Under the pieces are notes generated by a model. The model ran no database searches. It was not told the DNA's origin and saw only the letters and a list, made by a program, of their open reading frames with translations. Source: Macrostomum lignano (Eukaryota). From it: DNA of 56,353 nucleotides. Position numbers and translations under genes: made by a program. The stretch covers positions 1 through 56,353 of the forward strand of contig NIVC01004182.1 in NCBI GenBank assembly GCA_002269645.1, read 5' to 3'. Positions 24,601-36,279 of the stretch are shown piece by piece; positions within the stretch are counted from its first letter, which is position 1; the number at the start of each line of letters is the position of its first letter.

Positions 24601-26626
24601 TCCCCCTGTGGAATCGCCCTCTGACCCCCTCCCCCTGTGGAATCGCCCTCTGACCCCTCCCCCTGTGGAATCGCCCTCTGACCCCCTCCCCCTGTGGAAT
24701 CGCCCTTTAACCCCCTCCCAATCGGAATGCGCCCTTTAACACCCTCCCCCTAGGGAATCCCCTTTTAACTCCCCCCGTAACTCTTGCTGCCACGCGGCAC
24801 AGATGTTAAAGCAACAGTAAATTAATAGCAATAATAGAGAATAGTGTCAGTGGGCGCCAGCACCATAGAGACCAAAGCACTATATCATTATTAAACTTTG
24901 CTATATCCGAATTTTCGGGGGCAACTCTCCAATCTCGCAGGTGAAGCTGCTGGCCTGCCATCTATGCAAGAACTACTTCTCATCGAAGAGCAGCCTGCGA
25001 ACCCATATGAATTTGCACGCCGACGCCAAGCCCTACCAGTGCCAGCTGTGCTCGGACAGTTTTCACTCTTCGTCGAGTAGAAAGCGGCACTATTTAAAGA
25101 GCCACAATATGCTGCTTAAACGGGATCCGACCACTGCTAGGGTTCGGCCCATTCCTGTTGGTGCGGACGGTAATCGGCAACAGCAGCAGCTGTCTGCAGT
25201 TGCTGAGGAAGCCGCCCCATCCGGGGCCGCGCCGTCTACGTCGGAAGTCGAGACGGCGACGGGCTCAGCGTCGGCGTCATCGGCAACAGCGGCAACGGGG
25301 ACTCGACAGCCGAATCGGCGGCAGAGGCAGCCACCGCAGAGGGATCTTCTGCAGCAGCAGCGAAGGCGGCAGCGGTACAGACAGCGCCAGTTGCAGAAGA
25401 AGCAGCAGCAACAACAGCAGCAACAACAACAACAACAGCAGCAGCAGGAGTTGATCCTTCAGCAGCAGCAATTCCATCAACAGTCTCAGCAACAGCAACA
25501 ACAACAACAGCAGCAATTGGTTCTTAGTGTAGATTCTGGCAATGTGTTATACGTTATAAGCAACACCGACATGCTCACCGCCTCCGGCGACATCGTGAGC
25601 TCCGGTACGGCCGGGTCAGTCGGGGGCCCCACTCTGCTCCTAGCTGAGTCCGATCACAGCGACCTGTCGCTTCTGCTGCAAGGCTACGGTTTCCAGACAA
25701 CGTCGGCACCTTCAACTGTCAGCTCCGTGTCAGCTGTTGCCGCCACCGCCGCTGCAACCGCCGCTGCTTCTGCCTCTAATGCTTCGGCATCGACTGTTCC
25801 GACTGCGGCCGTTGCGGCCTCCAGCACATCGGCTGTTGTCGACACGGCGTTAGAAATCGACATCGACGCCGTCGACAACATGGTTGTCATAGCTGAACAG
25901 CAGCAGCAGCAGCAACCGGACAGCTGCACAGCCGGACAGCAGTTTGACGGTTCCGACTTGGCTGGTCAGGCTGCCAGCGAGTCACTCCTGAAGGAGCTCA
26001 GCGGCGAGCCCGGTCCTCCGCCTCTGCCGCCACCGCCGCAGACAACTTTGCTAGCGTCTTCATCGTCGGCGTCAAACGGTTCCGCCATCCAGCGTACTGG
26101 CGGTCGGAATTATCGACGCCTGCCCGACGCTCCGCCGACATCGGGCACCGCCGGGTCGTCGTCTGCAGCCGCCTCCGCCGCCGCCGCCGTCATCAGCAGC
26201 AGCTACAAGCAAAGCTACCGCTGCGACCAGTGCTTGCAGTTCTTCAATAGTTTGCTAGCTTACGCTTCCCACACTTGCGAGGCGGCCGGCACGGTCGATT
26301 CCATCGCCTCAGCGCCCTCGTCGGCAGCCAAGCGGCCAAGTAAGCTGCAGGGTTTGCACAAGTGCTACGCCTGTGATCGCGAGTTCACCTGTCAGTCGCA
26401 CCTCCGCCGTCACGAGGAGTCGCACAACAGTAGGGAGGACTCTAAGCACGTGTGCTCAAGTTGCAATATTAGTTTTACCCAGCGATCCTCGTTAGTGACG
26501 CACATGCTGCTGCACTCCGACAAGCCCAGGCCGCACCTGTGCAAAGTGTGCGGCATTCGGTTCTCCCAGCGCGGCAATTTGTTACGGCACTTCCGAATGC
26601 TGCACAAAAGCGACGCGGCTACTTAA
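12660..26626 (+). CDS. Multi-C2H2 zinc-finger protein (~1,930 aa, ~27 fingers, polyQ tract); exons 12660-13664, 14298-14726, 15150-15634, 16466-16628, 18469-19029, 20426-21064, 22629-23009, 23834-24274, 24941-26626
   Basis: All junctions are GT-AG with matching phases. Fingers split across introns rejoin correctly (…DLAR|HMRRH, …SLK|VHLRRH, …CKVCHK|GFRTRTKCKRHSIAH). TGEKPY-type linkers are present. PolyQ at ~25400-25515. Confidence 0.9.
13745..13859 (+). mobile_element. Old diverged SINE-A fragment interrupted by a younger SINE-A
   Basis: Similar to the internal part of SINE-A (ccccccaaggcgcag...gccgctgtacac.cctgtgtgag). It resumes at ~14217-14250 (gtgagtgctgtgcctgcgtac). Confidence 0.65.
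13860..14216 (+). mobile_element. SINE family A, full length
   Basis: GGGGGCCGTAGCCCAGCGG head, B-box GGCTCGATTCC, AATAAA end. Duplicated gagcgtgtctgt at 13840-13851 and 14217-14228. Confidence 0.9.
14757..14858 (-). mobile_element. SINE family B, 5' head fragment
   Basis: Reverse complement of TAGCCTAGTGGTTAGAGCGTCG...GGTTCGATTCCCGATCC...CCTTGAGCAAGACAC. Confidence 0.8.
15720..16345. repeat. 36-bp minisatellite (gtttccatccgaattgaaataatcgggatttttgtg), ZnF intron 3
   Basis: About 17 tandem units. Confidence 0.95.
16700..17110. repeat. ~29-bp minisatellite (ggaatcccagtcaggaattcactccaggg), ZnF intron 4
   Basis: Tandem units with degenerate edges. Confidence 0.9.
17169..17344 (+). ncRNA. Candidate box H/ACA snoRNA, unit 1 (diverged paralogue)
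   Basis: 5' hairpin closed by CTCCCGC/GCGGGAG. H box ATAATA at 17267-72. 3' hairpin with upper stem CCGATGTACTT/AAGTGCATCGG. ACA at 17339-41, 14 nt after the pocket top. Confidence 0.65.
17379..17581 (+). ncRNA. Candidate box H/ACA snoRNA, unit 2
   Basis: 5' stem CTCCGTT/AACGGAG with upper stem AATCGATG/CATCGATT. H box AGAAAA at 17450-55. 3' hairpin GGTCAG...CTGACC. ACA at 17576-78, 14 nt after the pocket top. Confidence 0.78.
17647..17840 (+). ncRNA. Candidate box H/ACA snoRNA, unit 3
   Basis: 5' stem CCTTAA/TTAAGG. H box AGATAA at 17722-27. 3' hairpin GATCAG...CTGATC. ACA at 17835-37, 14 nt after the pocket top. Confidence 0.8.
17914..18100 (+). ncRNA. Candidate box H/ACA snoRNA, unit 4
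   Basis: 5' stem CTCCTTA/TAAGGAG. H box ATATAA at 17981-86. Conserved 3' hairpin. ACA at 18095-97, 14 nt after the pocket top. Confidence 0.78.
18205..18420 (-). mobile_element. SINE family A, partial and internally deleted
   Basis: Matches SINE-A (gggccgtagcccagtgg head; cacaggagtgtacagcggcccta). Confidence 0.75.
19036..20205. repeat. 27-bp minisatellite (cccactgatggatctggcatagcaata), ZnF intron 5
   Basis: About 42 units starting ~7 nt after the donor. Confidence 0.95.
21088..22540. repeat. 27-bp minisatellite (tctctccctgaatctgcctctccgctt), ZnF intron 6
   Basis: About 53 units. This array explains the spurious 489-aa and 516-aa ORFs. Confidence 0.95.
23030..23650. repeat. 24/20-bp minisatellite (gattggaatggagtggcttggatc), ZnF intron 7
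   Basis: Tandem units. Confidence 0.9.
24405..24780. repeat. C-rich ~28-bp minisatellite (ccctctgaccccctccccctgtggaatcg), ZnF intron 8
   Basis: Tandem units. Confidence 0.9.
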
Positions 26627-26964
26627 CTCGACAAAAGCAGAGTGCCCTTGGCAAAGGGGAAAACAATGGGCACTTTTGGTGCAGTTGAACTAAAATATAG
26701 TTCCGCATTATTCCTGTTATTTAAGTCAATCAGCATTAAATATTTTTAATATATAGGAAATTAATATTGTATAAATTCCCTAATTTGTCAATTGCGTCAT
26801 ACAATTGCAGAAAATAAACTTTACGAATTGATATGCCGTGTGTTTATTGCTTTCACTTGTCTAATCGACGTTTTATATTGACTTTTAACACTAGAAGCTG
26901 TATGTAGCAGTAAACCTGTTAGAGATGCTTGCAGCTATCTCTTTCACAGCCTACTCTCTCGCCT

Positions 26965-27330
26965 CATGATCTCCCTCTCTCCCTCCTCTCCCTCTCCATC
27001 CCACCCCATCTCAATCCCATCCCACTCTCCCTCATCTCCCTCTCCATCCCATCCCACTCTCCCTCATCTCCCTCTCCATCTTATCCCACTCTCCCTCATT
27101 TCCCTCTCCATCCCATCCCACTCTCCCTCATCTCCCTCTCCATCCCACGCCCGCTCTCCCTCATCTCCCTCTCTATCCCATCCCACTCTCCCTCATCTCC
27201 CTCTCCATCCCACGCCCGCTCTCCCTCATCTCCCTCTCCATCCCATCCCACTCTCCCTCATCTCCCTTTCCACCCCATCCCACTCTCTCGATTCACTATC
27301 CATACCCTTCCGCTCTCTCATCTCCCCTCT
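26965..27330. repeat. CT-rich tandem repeat between the ZnF gene and COPS6
   Basis: (atcccatcccactctccctcatctccctctcc)-like units. Confidence 0.85.
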
Positions 27331-27490
27331 CTATCCCGCAGCCTTCCTATTCTCTTATCTTTATTTCCAAAATGCCATTAGGTTGCTCGAATTTAATTAC
27401 GAGTACATTGAAGTTAGATTTACAAAGCGCATTTTCAACAGTACCGCACCCATTATTCCTGTATTCAAGCCAAACCATATCTGTATAACA

Positions 27491-29790
27491 ATGGAAGTAG
27501 ACGCTTCTACAACCTCCGGGACAGCTGCCGCATCAGCTTCAGACTCTTTGTCCGCAGGCTCGCCGGGCCACATGGCTCCGCAAGGCGTGCAGCCGTCCGT
27601 GAACGCCGCCCTGCACCCGCTGGTACTGCTAACCATCTCCGATCACTGGACCCGCTGCCGGCTGCAGTTCGGTCACAATCGGGTACTAGGCGCCCTGTTA
27701 GGCAAGCAGGAAGGTCGCCTAGTAGAAATTTGCAACTGTTTCGAATTGGCGCCATATTTCTCGCCGGCTAATCCGCAGACAGCCGATATTGACACTATTG
27801 ATGCTGGATTCTTTCAGACTAGGCTGGCCCAGTATCGCGAGGTCTATCCTAGCCTCACTGTGGTTGGCTGGTACTACTGCTGCGACCTGCCTGAAGAGGT
27901 AAAATGTTGGGACAAGGAAGTAGTCGTGATCACCAGCAATCTAATTACACAGCCCCTGCCCTGTATCTGAAATAATATTCTTAAGTTGTTCATTTTTTTA
28001 AATATAGTAATAAAATTCCAAATTTTCTACTTTAAGTAGAAAAATGCAGTGATGAAAATATAAAAGTTGTTTTTCCGAAGAGGGGATTGTAGCGTAGTGG
28101 TTAGGGCGTCGGACTCAAGACTGAGAGGTCGGGGGTTCGATTCTCGACCCACTCGGAACAATTTGTCCTTGAGCAAGTCCACCCAACTGTAAAATGAGTG
28201 CCAGTATTCGCTGGGGTAATTGACGACCCCCCAGTCTTTGAACTGAACAGCCGTACGCAGCCTTCAGATGCGCCGCGCAATAGCTGCGGCTGAGCTACTC
28301 AATATTAATAATAATAATAAAAATAATTGATTACACCTGCCCTAATTGGGCCAGATGTGCAACCGACAGCTCAGCAATACAGAGTTGAGTGTCTTGCCCA
28401 AGGACAAATTGTTCCAGTGGGATCGGGAGTCGAACCCCCGACCTTCAAGTCGTGGGTCCGACGCTCTAACCACTAGGCTACTCAATATTGAATTATCGTC
28501 AATAATTGCGCCAAAATCAATATTAATCATGCATTAGTCCTAAAAACCGCACCCACAGGTGACCGACACTGAGGCAGCCTTGCACAAGCAGGTGTGCGAT
28601 CTTGTAATGTCGGACTCGCCACTAATGCCGGTGTTGCTCCGCCTGCTGCCCAGCTCAGCGGCTACCACGGCCGAATCCCTGCCGGTTCGTCTATTCGAAT
28701 CCGTGCTAGAACTGGTGAACGGCTCGCCCAAGTGTCTGTTCATACCCCTGCCCTACAGTCTGGCCACCGAGGAGGCCGAGCGAATCGGGGTTGACCACGT
28801 GTCCAGGGATATGTCCGGCAGCGGTGGGACTAAGGTTTGTCGCGAGCTCGAGGCATTGTTGTCATAAGCCCCACAAAGTATAAAAACTGCATGATGCATT
28901 GTGTCATGCTGTACGCTCATTATTCCACGCTTAGGAATCATTATTTTAGGCTTCTAAAAATACATTCATGAGACAATGTGTTTGTGTATATGGTTTTGTC
29001 ATAGACAATGATAAATTTTAGTCACTCGTGGCTTCGCCACTCGTGAAAAATTTATCATTGTCTATCTCCAAAACCATATACACAATCTATCATTAAGAAG
29101 TTACGGTCTGGTATTGCTCAATGCCTTATGTAGTCCTAAAAGCAAGCGAGCAAGCATTTTTAGCTGCCCCCGCTAAGACTCAATGTCTATGGCCAAAAAG
29201 CCGAATTTGTAAGTTCCTACCGCCTTCGAATCGAGTAAACAGTACGGACTTTCACTTGTAGCCACTTCATCGCTAATCTTTTTGTACTTGTTGCCAACGA
29301 GTGTCGACAATTTTCAGTCTCGCAAGTCTGATTTCCGTATCTATGATTGAATTGAAAGCTTGCAGTACCAACTCGGACGCAAAAAGGAATATTAACTTCA
29401 ATACAAATTGCATCAATAATAAAAAAGCATTATTCATTTGTATTGATATTTACCCGCTAGGTTGCCGAAGCCCTAGCCGTACAGCGAAGCGCTGTCCGCG
29501 CCCTGTACAGCCGCCTTGGCCTACTACTGTCCTATCTGCGCGACGTGTCCGCCGGCCGGCTTCCGCCGTGTCACTCTATTCTGCGCGACCTTCGCCGACT
29601 AGCCGACCAGCTGCCTGTGTGCGGCGGTGAAGATTTCTATCGGTCATTCTATCGTCAGTGCAACGATGTGCAGCTGACAGCTCTGCTTGGCACCCTGATC
29701 CAGGCCACTAACACTGTGCACCAGCTGATCGGCAGGACCGCCCTCCTGCAGGACAGGCGGCGGCGCGGCGTGCCCAGCGGTTATAACTGA
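27491..29790 (+). CDS. COPS6: COP9 signalosome subunit 6 (MPN- domain), ~337 aa; exons 27491-27898, 28559-28834, 29461-29790
   Basis: HPLVLLTISDHWTR...VLGALLGKQEGRLVEICNCFEL, SLATEEAERIGVDHV and FYRQCNDVQLTALLG match CSN6. Junctions are phase-0 GT-AG. Confidence 0.93.
28082..28296 (+). mobile_element. SINE family B, 3'-truncated
   Basis: A- and B-box head, central domain, homology to 5660-5963. Confidence 0.8.
28308..28480 (-). mobile_element. SINE family B, short form lacking the central domain
   Basis: Head plus 3' tail with (ATT)n. Flanked by duplicated ctcaatatt at 28298-28306 and 28481-28489. Confidence 0.8.
28982..29085. other. ~104-bp near-perfect palindrome (foldback/MITE-like) in COPS6 intron 2
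   Basis: Arms ttgtgtatatggttttg/caaaaccatatacacaa and atagacaatgataaattt/aaatttatcattgtctat around gtggcttcgccac. Confidence 0.75.
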
Positions 29791-30884
29791 ACTACTGACT
29801 AGATATATACAGAATTAAGGTCTTTTGAATCGATTTCACGGTTGAACTAGGGTGCCCTGATTAGTTGGGACACAAATTAAGTGTCTATCTTAGCTATCTT
29901 TTCTAATACTAGGGCCTAATGCAACCCTGAAAATGACAGTAAATTGGCATAAAGTGACGCCATGCGGCTCCAGAGTTATTGTAGAAGCGCACTAGATAAG
30001 CTTCTTTCCTATTTTACCTGTTACCTGCAACGACTCTGAAATGACTTTGGAGCGACTCTGGGGTGCTTCTTGGCCTAGGTAACCGTTTTAGTTTGGACAA
30101 CATTCACATAAAGGCAAAGGAATTAAGGCAAAGTTTGTATGGTATTTCCATTCTCCGTATTGATCCCATCCACTGGCGGGGGAAGGCCTTCTGTTGTCCT
30201 TTCAGGGTTAGCATCATTTTTGGCATCTTCGTATATTACGAGTATACGCAATTTCACCTTTGACTGCCCCCATTTCTCCAAACTAAGATTAATTAAAGAT
30301 TATATACGTACTACTGACGACCAGTAGCGAGCATGTAATATTTCCCCCGGTTATTACAAACTTTTGTCTGTATTGCATATAGAATAAAGTTAGGGGCAAG
30401 GCAAGGCTCCGGATTGATTATTCTGTATAACTTTATAAATATTGTAATAAATTTAGTATAAAAAATACATTTGGCGAGACACGTTGGTTATTTACATATT
30501 TATGTGTTAGCAGGTGCTCGCTATAACTTTGTTATTTCTGCCAAGCGCTTTATTTTTATGTAGTTATGGCTTCTAAAATTACCTTATTGGTACTCATTTT
30601 TTGCTTTGAAGGAATCTCACTAAATTGGCTAAGCATCCTATTGCTACTACTATTATCTGAGCAGTAGGAAGTGCCGTCTTTTTTCTACCTATTTTAATGT
30701 ACACTGTATGAAACAATATAGAATATTCCTGGCTTATAGCATAGCTCTCACGTTTAGAAATTGCTCTTTCAATGAAGCATTGCGAAATTAAGGCTTCTGA
30801 AAGAAACTTTGTTTAAGACCATTGTTTAACGTTTAAAAATTTAACGCTTCGCCTCATCGAAGATAGTAAGCTTCACAGGCCCAA

Positions 30885-31555
30885 AACTTCACAAATCCAA
30901 ACTTCACAAGCCCAAAAATTCACAAACCCGAAATTCACAAGCCCGAAACTTCACAAACCCAAAGATCCACAGAATAAAACTTCACAAGCCCGAAACTTCA
31001 CAAGCCTGAAACTTCACAAGCCCGAAACTTCACAAGCCTGAAACTTCACAAGCCTGAAACTTCACAAGCCCGAAACTTCACAAACCCCAAACTTCACAAG
31101 CCCCAAGCTTTACAAACCTGAAGCTTCACAAACCCCAAACTTCACAATCCCGAAACTTCACAATCCACATACTTCACTGTCCCGAAACTTCACAAACCCC
31201 AAACTTCACAATCCCGAAACTTCACAATCCACATACTTCACTGTCCCGAAACTTCACAAACCCCAAACTTCACAATCCCGAAACTTCACAATCCACATAC
31301 TTCACTGCCCCGAAACTTCACAAACCCCAAACTTCACAATCCCGAAACTTCACAATCCACATACTTCACAAACCCCAAACTTCACAAACCCCAAACTTCA
31401 CAATCCCGAAACTTCACAAACCCCAAACTTCACAAGCCCCAAGCTTTACAAACCTGAAGCTTCACAAACCCCAAACTTCACAAACCCCAAACTTCACAAG
31501 CCCCAAACTTCACAATCCCGAAACTTCACAAACCGAAGCTTCACAAACCCCAACT
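30885..31555. repeat. ~16-bp minisatellite (aaacttcacaaacccc)
   Basis: Tandem units in the COPS6-BLZF1 spacer. Confidence 0.92.
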
Positions 31556-31822
31556 TTTTTGGCGATGCAAAATTTTGAGCTTGTGAAGCCCTCCCCCCTA
31601 GCCGTGATTTTTTGCCTCAAAGGTGTTGTCATTCAGATTTGTTAAGCAAGCGATATTGCACATTACATAAACTTCTAATGTTTATGGAACAATATTGTTT
31701 CTCACAGTTAATCAAGGACTAATTCCATACACCTTTCAAATACTGTAAGTAGTCTATATAATACTTGAGTGAAATAAATCCCTGAGTGTTGCAAAAATGC
31801 TGCTTCCAGCCGGTACCGCGTG

Positions 31823-34232
31823 ATGCACGCTACTGAGCATCAGTTTCGAGTTGCCGACGAGACAGACTCAGCCGATTCAGCTACTGACAGCGAATTCGAT
31901 AGTAAATTGCATTCGATTAAGAAAGCAAAACAGCGCGCCAAAAAGAAACTGGCTATTGAAGTGCCCAAAGAGCCGTACAAATGCGCCACTGTCGCCGCCG
32001 CGCCCAGCGTCTCCGGCTCAAGCGCCGCTTCTCCATTGCCGGCGACTGGCGGCGCCGGCCTGCCGCCGCTGCTAAGCCGCTTCCAGCTGGCCAATCAGCC
32101 TAGCGAGGACGCTATCCGATCCAAGCGCTTAGTTCCGTACGAGGTCGACTCCGCCACTGTAGCCTGGCTGCTGGCTCACAATCAGCAACTGTCGCCGCCT
32201 GTCGATCAGCACGGAGTTGGCGGCAAGCCAACAGCTCTGGTTAGGCCTTGCAGGCATACCAGATCGTTAGGTGTGCAAACTGACGCGCTGAGCTTGGACA
32301 CCTCGTGTCTGTTGGAAGATTTTCTTAGATCTAGCCGGGCTGTTGGGTTGCTTAATAGCGGCAGTGGCGGCGCCGCAGCTGGGGCGGCTTCGGTTTCTGA
32401 GTCGGCTGGTGTGAGTACTTCAATTAAATTCCTTTTTACCCTTATTTTCAGTTTTTCTATTGTATATCGAAATTTTACCGGTTCTTCATCAACGTGTCAC
32501 CTGTTCTTCATCAAAGTTTCGCCTGTTCTTCATCAAAGACTCACCTGTTCTTCATCAAAGTTTCACCTGTTCTAAATCAAAGTTTCATCTGTTCTTCATC
32601 AAAGACTCACCTGTTCTTCATCAAAGTTTCACCTGTTCTTCATCAAAGACTCACCTGTTCTTCATCAAAGACTCACCTGTTCTTCATCAAAGACTCACCT
32701 GTTCTTCATCAAAGACTCACCTGTTCTTCATCAAAGACTCATCTGTTCTTCATCAAAGTTTCACCTGTTCTAAATCAAAGTTTCACCTGTTCTTCATCAG
32801 AGTTTCACCTGTTCTTCATCAAAAACTCACCTGTTCTTCATCAAAGTTTCACCTGTTCTAAATCAAAGTTTCACCTGTTCTTCATCAAAGACTCACCTGT
32901 TCTTCATCAAAGTTTCACCTGTTCTTCATCAAAGACTCACCTGTTCTTCATCAAAGTTTCACCTGTTCTTCATCAAAGACTCACCTGTTCTTCATCAAAG
33001 ACTCACCTGTTCTTCATCAAAGACTCACCTGTTCTTCATCAAAGACTCACCTGTTCTTCATCAAAGACTCATCTGTTCTTCATCAAAGTTTCACCTGTTC
33101 TAAATCAAAGTTTCACCTGTTCTTCATCAGAGTTTCACCTGTTCTTCATCAAAAACTCACCTGTTCTTCATCAAAGTTTCACCTGTTCTAAATCAAAGTT
33201 TCACCTGTTCTTCATCAAAGACTCACCTGTTCTTCATCAAAGTTTCACCTGTTCTTCATCAAAGTTTCACCTGTTCTTCATCAAAGTTTCACCTGTTCTT
33301 CATCAAAGTTTCACCTGTTCTTCATCAAAGTTTCACCTGTTCTTCATCAAAGTTTCACCTGTTCTTCATCAAAGTTTCATCTGTTCTTCATCAAGAAGGA
33401 CATAGTGACATTGTGTTACCTGGTACAATGCCAAATCTTTCAGGCCCAGTCTACGGCTGATGCGGAAGAATCCGCCGAATCGTTGCGCAACCGTTGCGAC
33501 GAGCTCGCCAAGGTGAACGCTGATCTCAAGCGGCTCCTAGTGGCCGCTCTGGGCCTCGACCTGCAGGCGCAGCTGGATCGCCTGTCCAGCGAACGGGCCC
33601 AGCTGTCCGCCCAGCTAGCCGCGGCCGAGTCTCGCTGCTCCGAGCTGGCCGAAGAGCGCGATCGCCTCGGCATCGAAGCCGACATCTGGCGCAGCAAATT
33701 CACGGCCGGCCGAGTCATGATCGACGAGCTGGCCGGCTGGCGCGCCCGGCTGCGGGCCAGCTATGCTGGGGCGTCGCGAGCGCTCGACCTGCTGCTGCAG
33801 GAACGGCAGCAGCTGCGGTCGGATCTGGCCGATACGTTCAGCCATTTGTACCTGCTGGCCGCTAATCAGGATGAGAAATTCTCGCCCGAGCCGCCGGCCA
33901 ATACGCTGGAATTATCCATATTGAATCGGCACGTGTCGCTACGCCTGTGGCAACAGTGGCGAGATCTGCAGAATTCGGCCAGCAGCGGCAAGCCTGTGTC
34001 TGCCGCCGCCGCGGCTACTGCCGGCGTACTACGACGCCTGGAAGCCTGCCGCCAGTGCACGCCAGGCGAAGCGGCCGCTGTCGATGCTCTGGGAGCTGCG
34101 TCTGCGCCCAACCTGCTGGCCGACGGCACCGGCCGGTATTCGGCCGCTTATCTGTCGCCCGAATCTAAAGTCTGCGAACAGCTGGCCCTGCACAGCTGCA
34201 AGGGATGCCGAGGCGACACGTTTGTGGTGTGA
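31823..34232 (+). CDS. BLZF1: Golgin-45 / BLZF1-like coiled-coil protein, ~458 aa; exons 31823-32410, 33444-34232
   Basis: VNADLKRLLVAALG.DLQ...IEADIWRSKFTAGRVMIDELA, an N-terminal EPYK motif and the C-terminal CxxCRG matches golgin-45. Junction is phase 0. Confidence 0.85.
32480..33395. repeat. 22-bp minisatellite (ttcttcatcaaagtttcacctg), BLZF1 intron
   Basis: About 41 units, including a higher-order internal duplication. Confidence 0.95.
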
Positions 34233-34289
34233 CTGCCGGACTTTGTTGGGCTTCGTTGAATCAATTATTAAGATCCTGCTACTGTTGCC

Positions 34290-34472
34290 ATGTAACACAC
34301 CTGGCAGACTACACTGTGCTCTCCAATGGGTAGAATCGCCCTGTAACACACCTGGCAGATTACACTGTGCTCTCCGGTGGGTAGAATCGCTCTGTAACAC
34401 ACCTGGCAGACTACACTGCTCTCTCTCTCCGGTGGGTAGAATCGCCCTGTAACACACCTGGCAGATTACACC
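34290..34472. repeat. 51-bp tandem repeat, ~3.6 copies, in the BLZF1 3' region
   Basis: Unit tgtaacacacctggcagactacactgtgctctccaatgggtagaatcgccc. Confidence 0.85.
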
Positions 34473-35204
34473 TTGGTTTCCCGCTCCTATTATATTAATC
34501 TCATTGCTCATAGTTTCCGTGCAGTAAGATAGAACTGATAGCAATATGCATTGTTTGTTTTAGATGGTGAAATTGCATGTTTTATTTGTTTATGCTTGGC
34601 TGTCTGGCTGTGTGGATGTGTTGACATCTCACCTATCCGGATGTTATGTTTACTATATACATCATTATTTCTGTTGATATTATTAAGAGTTTTCCAACAA
34701 AGCTATCTAATGATCTTCATTTCGTAATTGCACAAATAAAACATATTGGCATCTTGTGAGAGCTTTCGTAGCAATATGTGTTTTTTCATTAATTGTATTT
34801 TTGTGTTTGTGTTGTAATTTGCCTGTCTTTCCATTCACGCTAAACTTCTTTTTATGCTTTTCTGTAATTACTATTATTATCCAGTACTGTTGTTTCTTTA
34901 TATCAGTAATTCCCAGTGATAAATAAGTTATTATTTTTCAATTACATTCTGGTATATGGCAGGATTGATAACTGAAAAAATTAGTTTAAATATAACTGTC
35001 TTTAATTTTTATTTGTTTTAATTAAACAACTTGTTCATTTTTAAAATATTACCTTCGCGTTGGATTTGGTAACCATAAAATTAAAATACAACTTAAAACG
35101 ATTTTTTCGTTGATAAATTAATGATAAATATTATCTCTACATATAATTTGGTCTTCAAAGTATAATATTAAATTGTTTGTATACACATTTTTTCATCACA
35201 GCTG

Positions 35205-36225
35205 CTTTTCTTCCTCCAGTGGCTGCTGCTTCCCTCCTCAGGTCCTCCAGTGGCTGCCGCTTCCCCTCCTCAGGTCCTCCATTGGCTGCCGCTTCCCCTC
35301 CTCAGGTCCTCCATTGGCTGCCGCTTCCCCTCCTCGGGTCCTCCAGTGGCTGCCACTTCCCCTCCTCAGGTCCTCCAGTGGCTGCCGCTTCCCCTCAGGT
35401 CCTCCATTGGCTGCCGCTTCCCCTCCTCAGGTCCTCCAGTGGCTGCCGCTTCCCCTCCTCGGGTCCTCCAGTAGCTGCCGCTTCCCCTCCTCAGGTCCTC
35501 CATTGGCTGCCGCTTCCCCTCCTCGGGTCCTCCAGTGGCTGCCACTTCCCCTCCTCAGGTCCTCCAGTGGCTGCCGCTTCCCCTCCTCGGGTCCTCCAGT
35601 GGCTGCCGCTTCCCCTCCTCAGGTCCTCCAGTGGCTGCCGCTTCCCCTCCTCAGGTCCTCCATTGGCTGCCGCTTCCCCTCCTCGGGTCCTCCAGTGGCT
35701 GCCACTTCCCCTCCTCAGGTCCTCCAGTGGCTGCCGCTTCCCCTCCTCAGGTCCTCCATTGGCTGCCGCTTCCCCTCCTCAGGTCCTCCAGTGGCTGCCG
35801 CTTCCCCTCCTCAGGTCCTCCATTGGCTGCCGCTTCCCCTCCTCAGGTCCTCCAGTGGCTGCCGCTTCCCCTCCTCAGGTCCTCCATTGGCTGCCGCTTC
35901 CCCTCCTCGGGTCCTCCAGTGGCTGCCACTTCCCCTCCTCAGGTCCTCCAGTGGCTGCCGCTTCCCCTCCTCGGGTCCTCCAGTGGCTGCCACTTCCCCT
36001 CCTCAGGTCCTCCAGTGGCTGCCGCTTCCCCTCAGGTCCTCCAGTGGCTGCCGCTTCCCCTCCTCAGGTCCTCCAGTGGCTGCCGCTTCCCCTCCTCAGG
36101 TCCTCCAGTGGCTGCCGCTTCCCCTCCTCAGGTCCTCCATTGGCTGCCGCTTCCCCTCCTCAGGTCCTCCAGTGGCTGCCACTTCCCCTCCTCAGGTCCT
36201 CCAGTGGCTGCCGCTCCACTTCACT
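35205..36225. repeat. 32-bp minisatellite (cttcccctcctcaggtcctccagtggctgccg) upstream of the first AIMP1 coding exon
   Basis: About 32 units. Confidence 0.95.
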
Positions 36226-36279
36226 ACTAAGGTCCATATTAGACTTCATATTATAACTCCACTACTTTTTATTTTCCAG

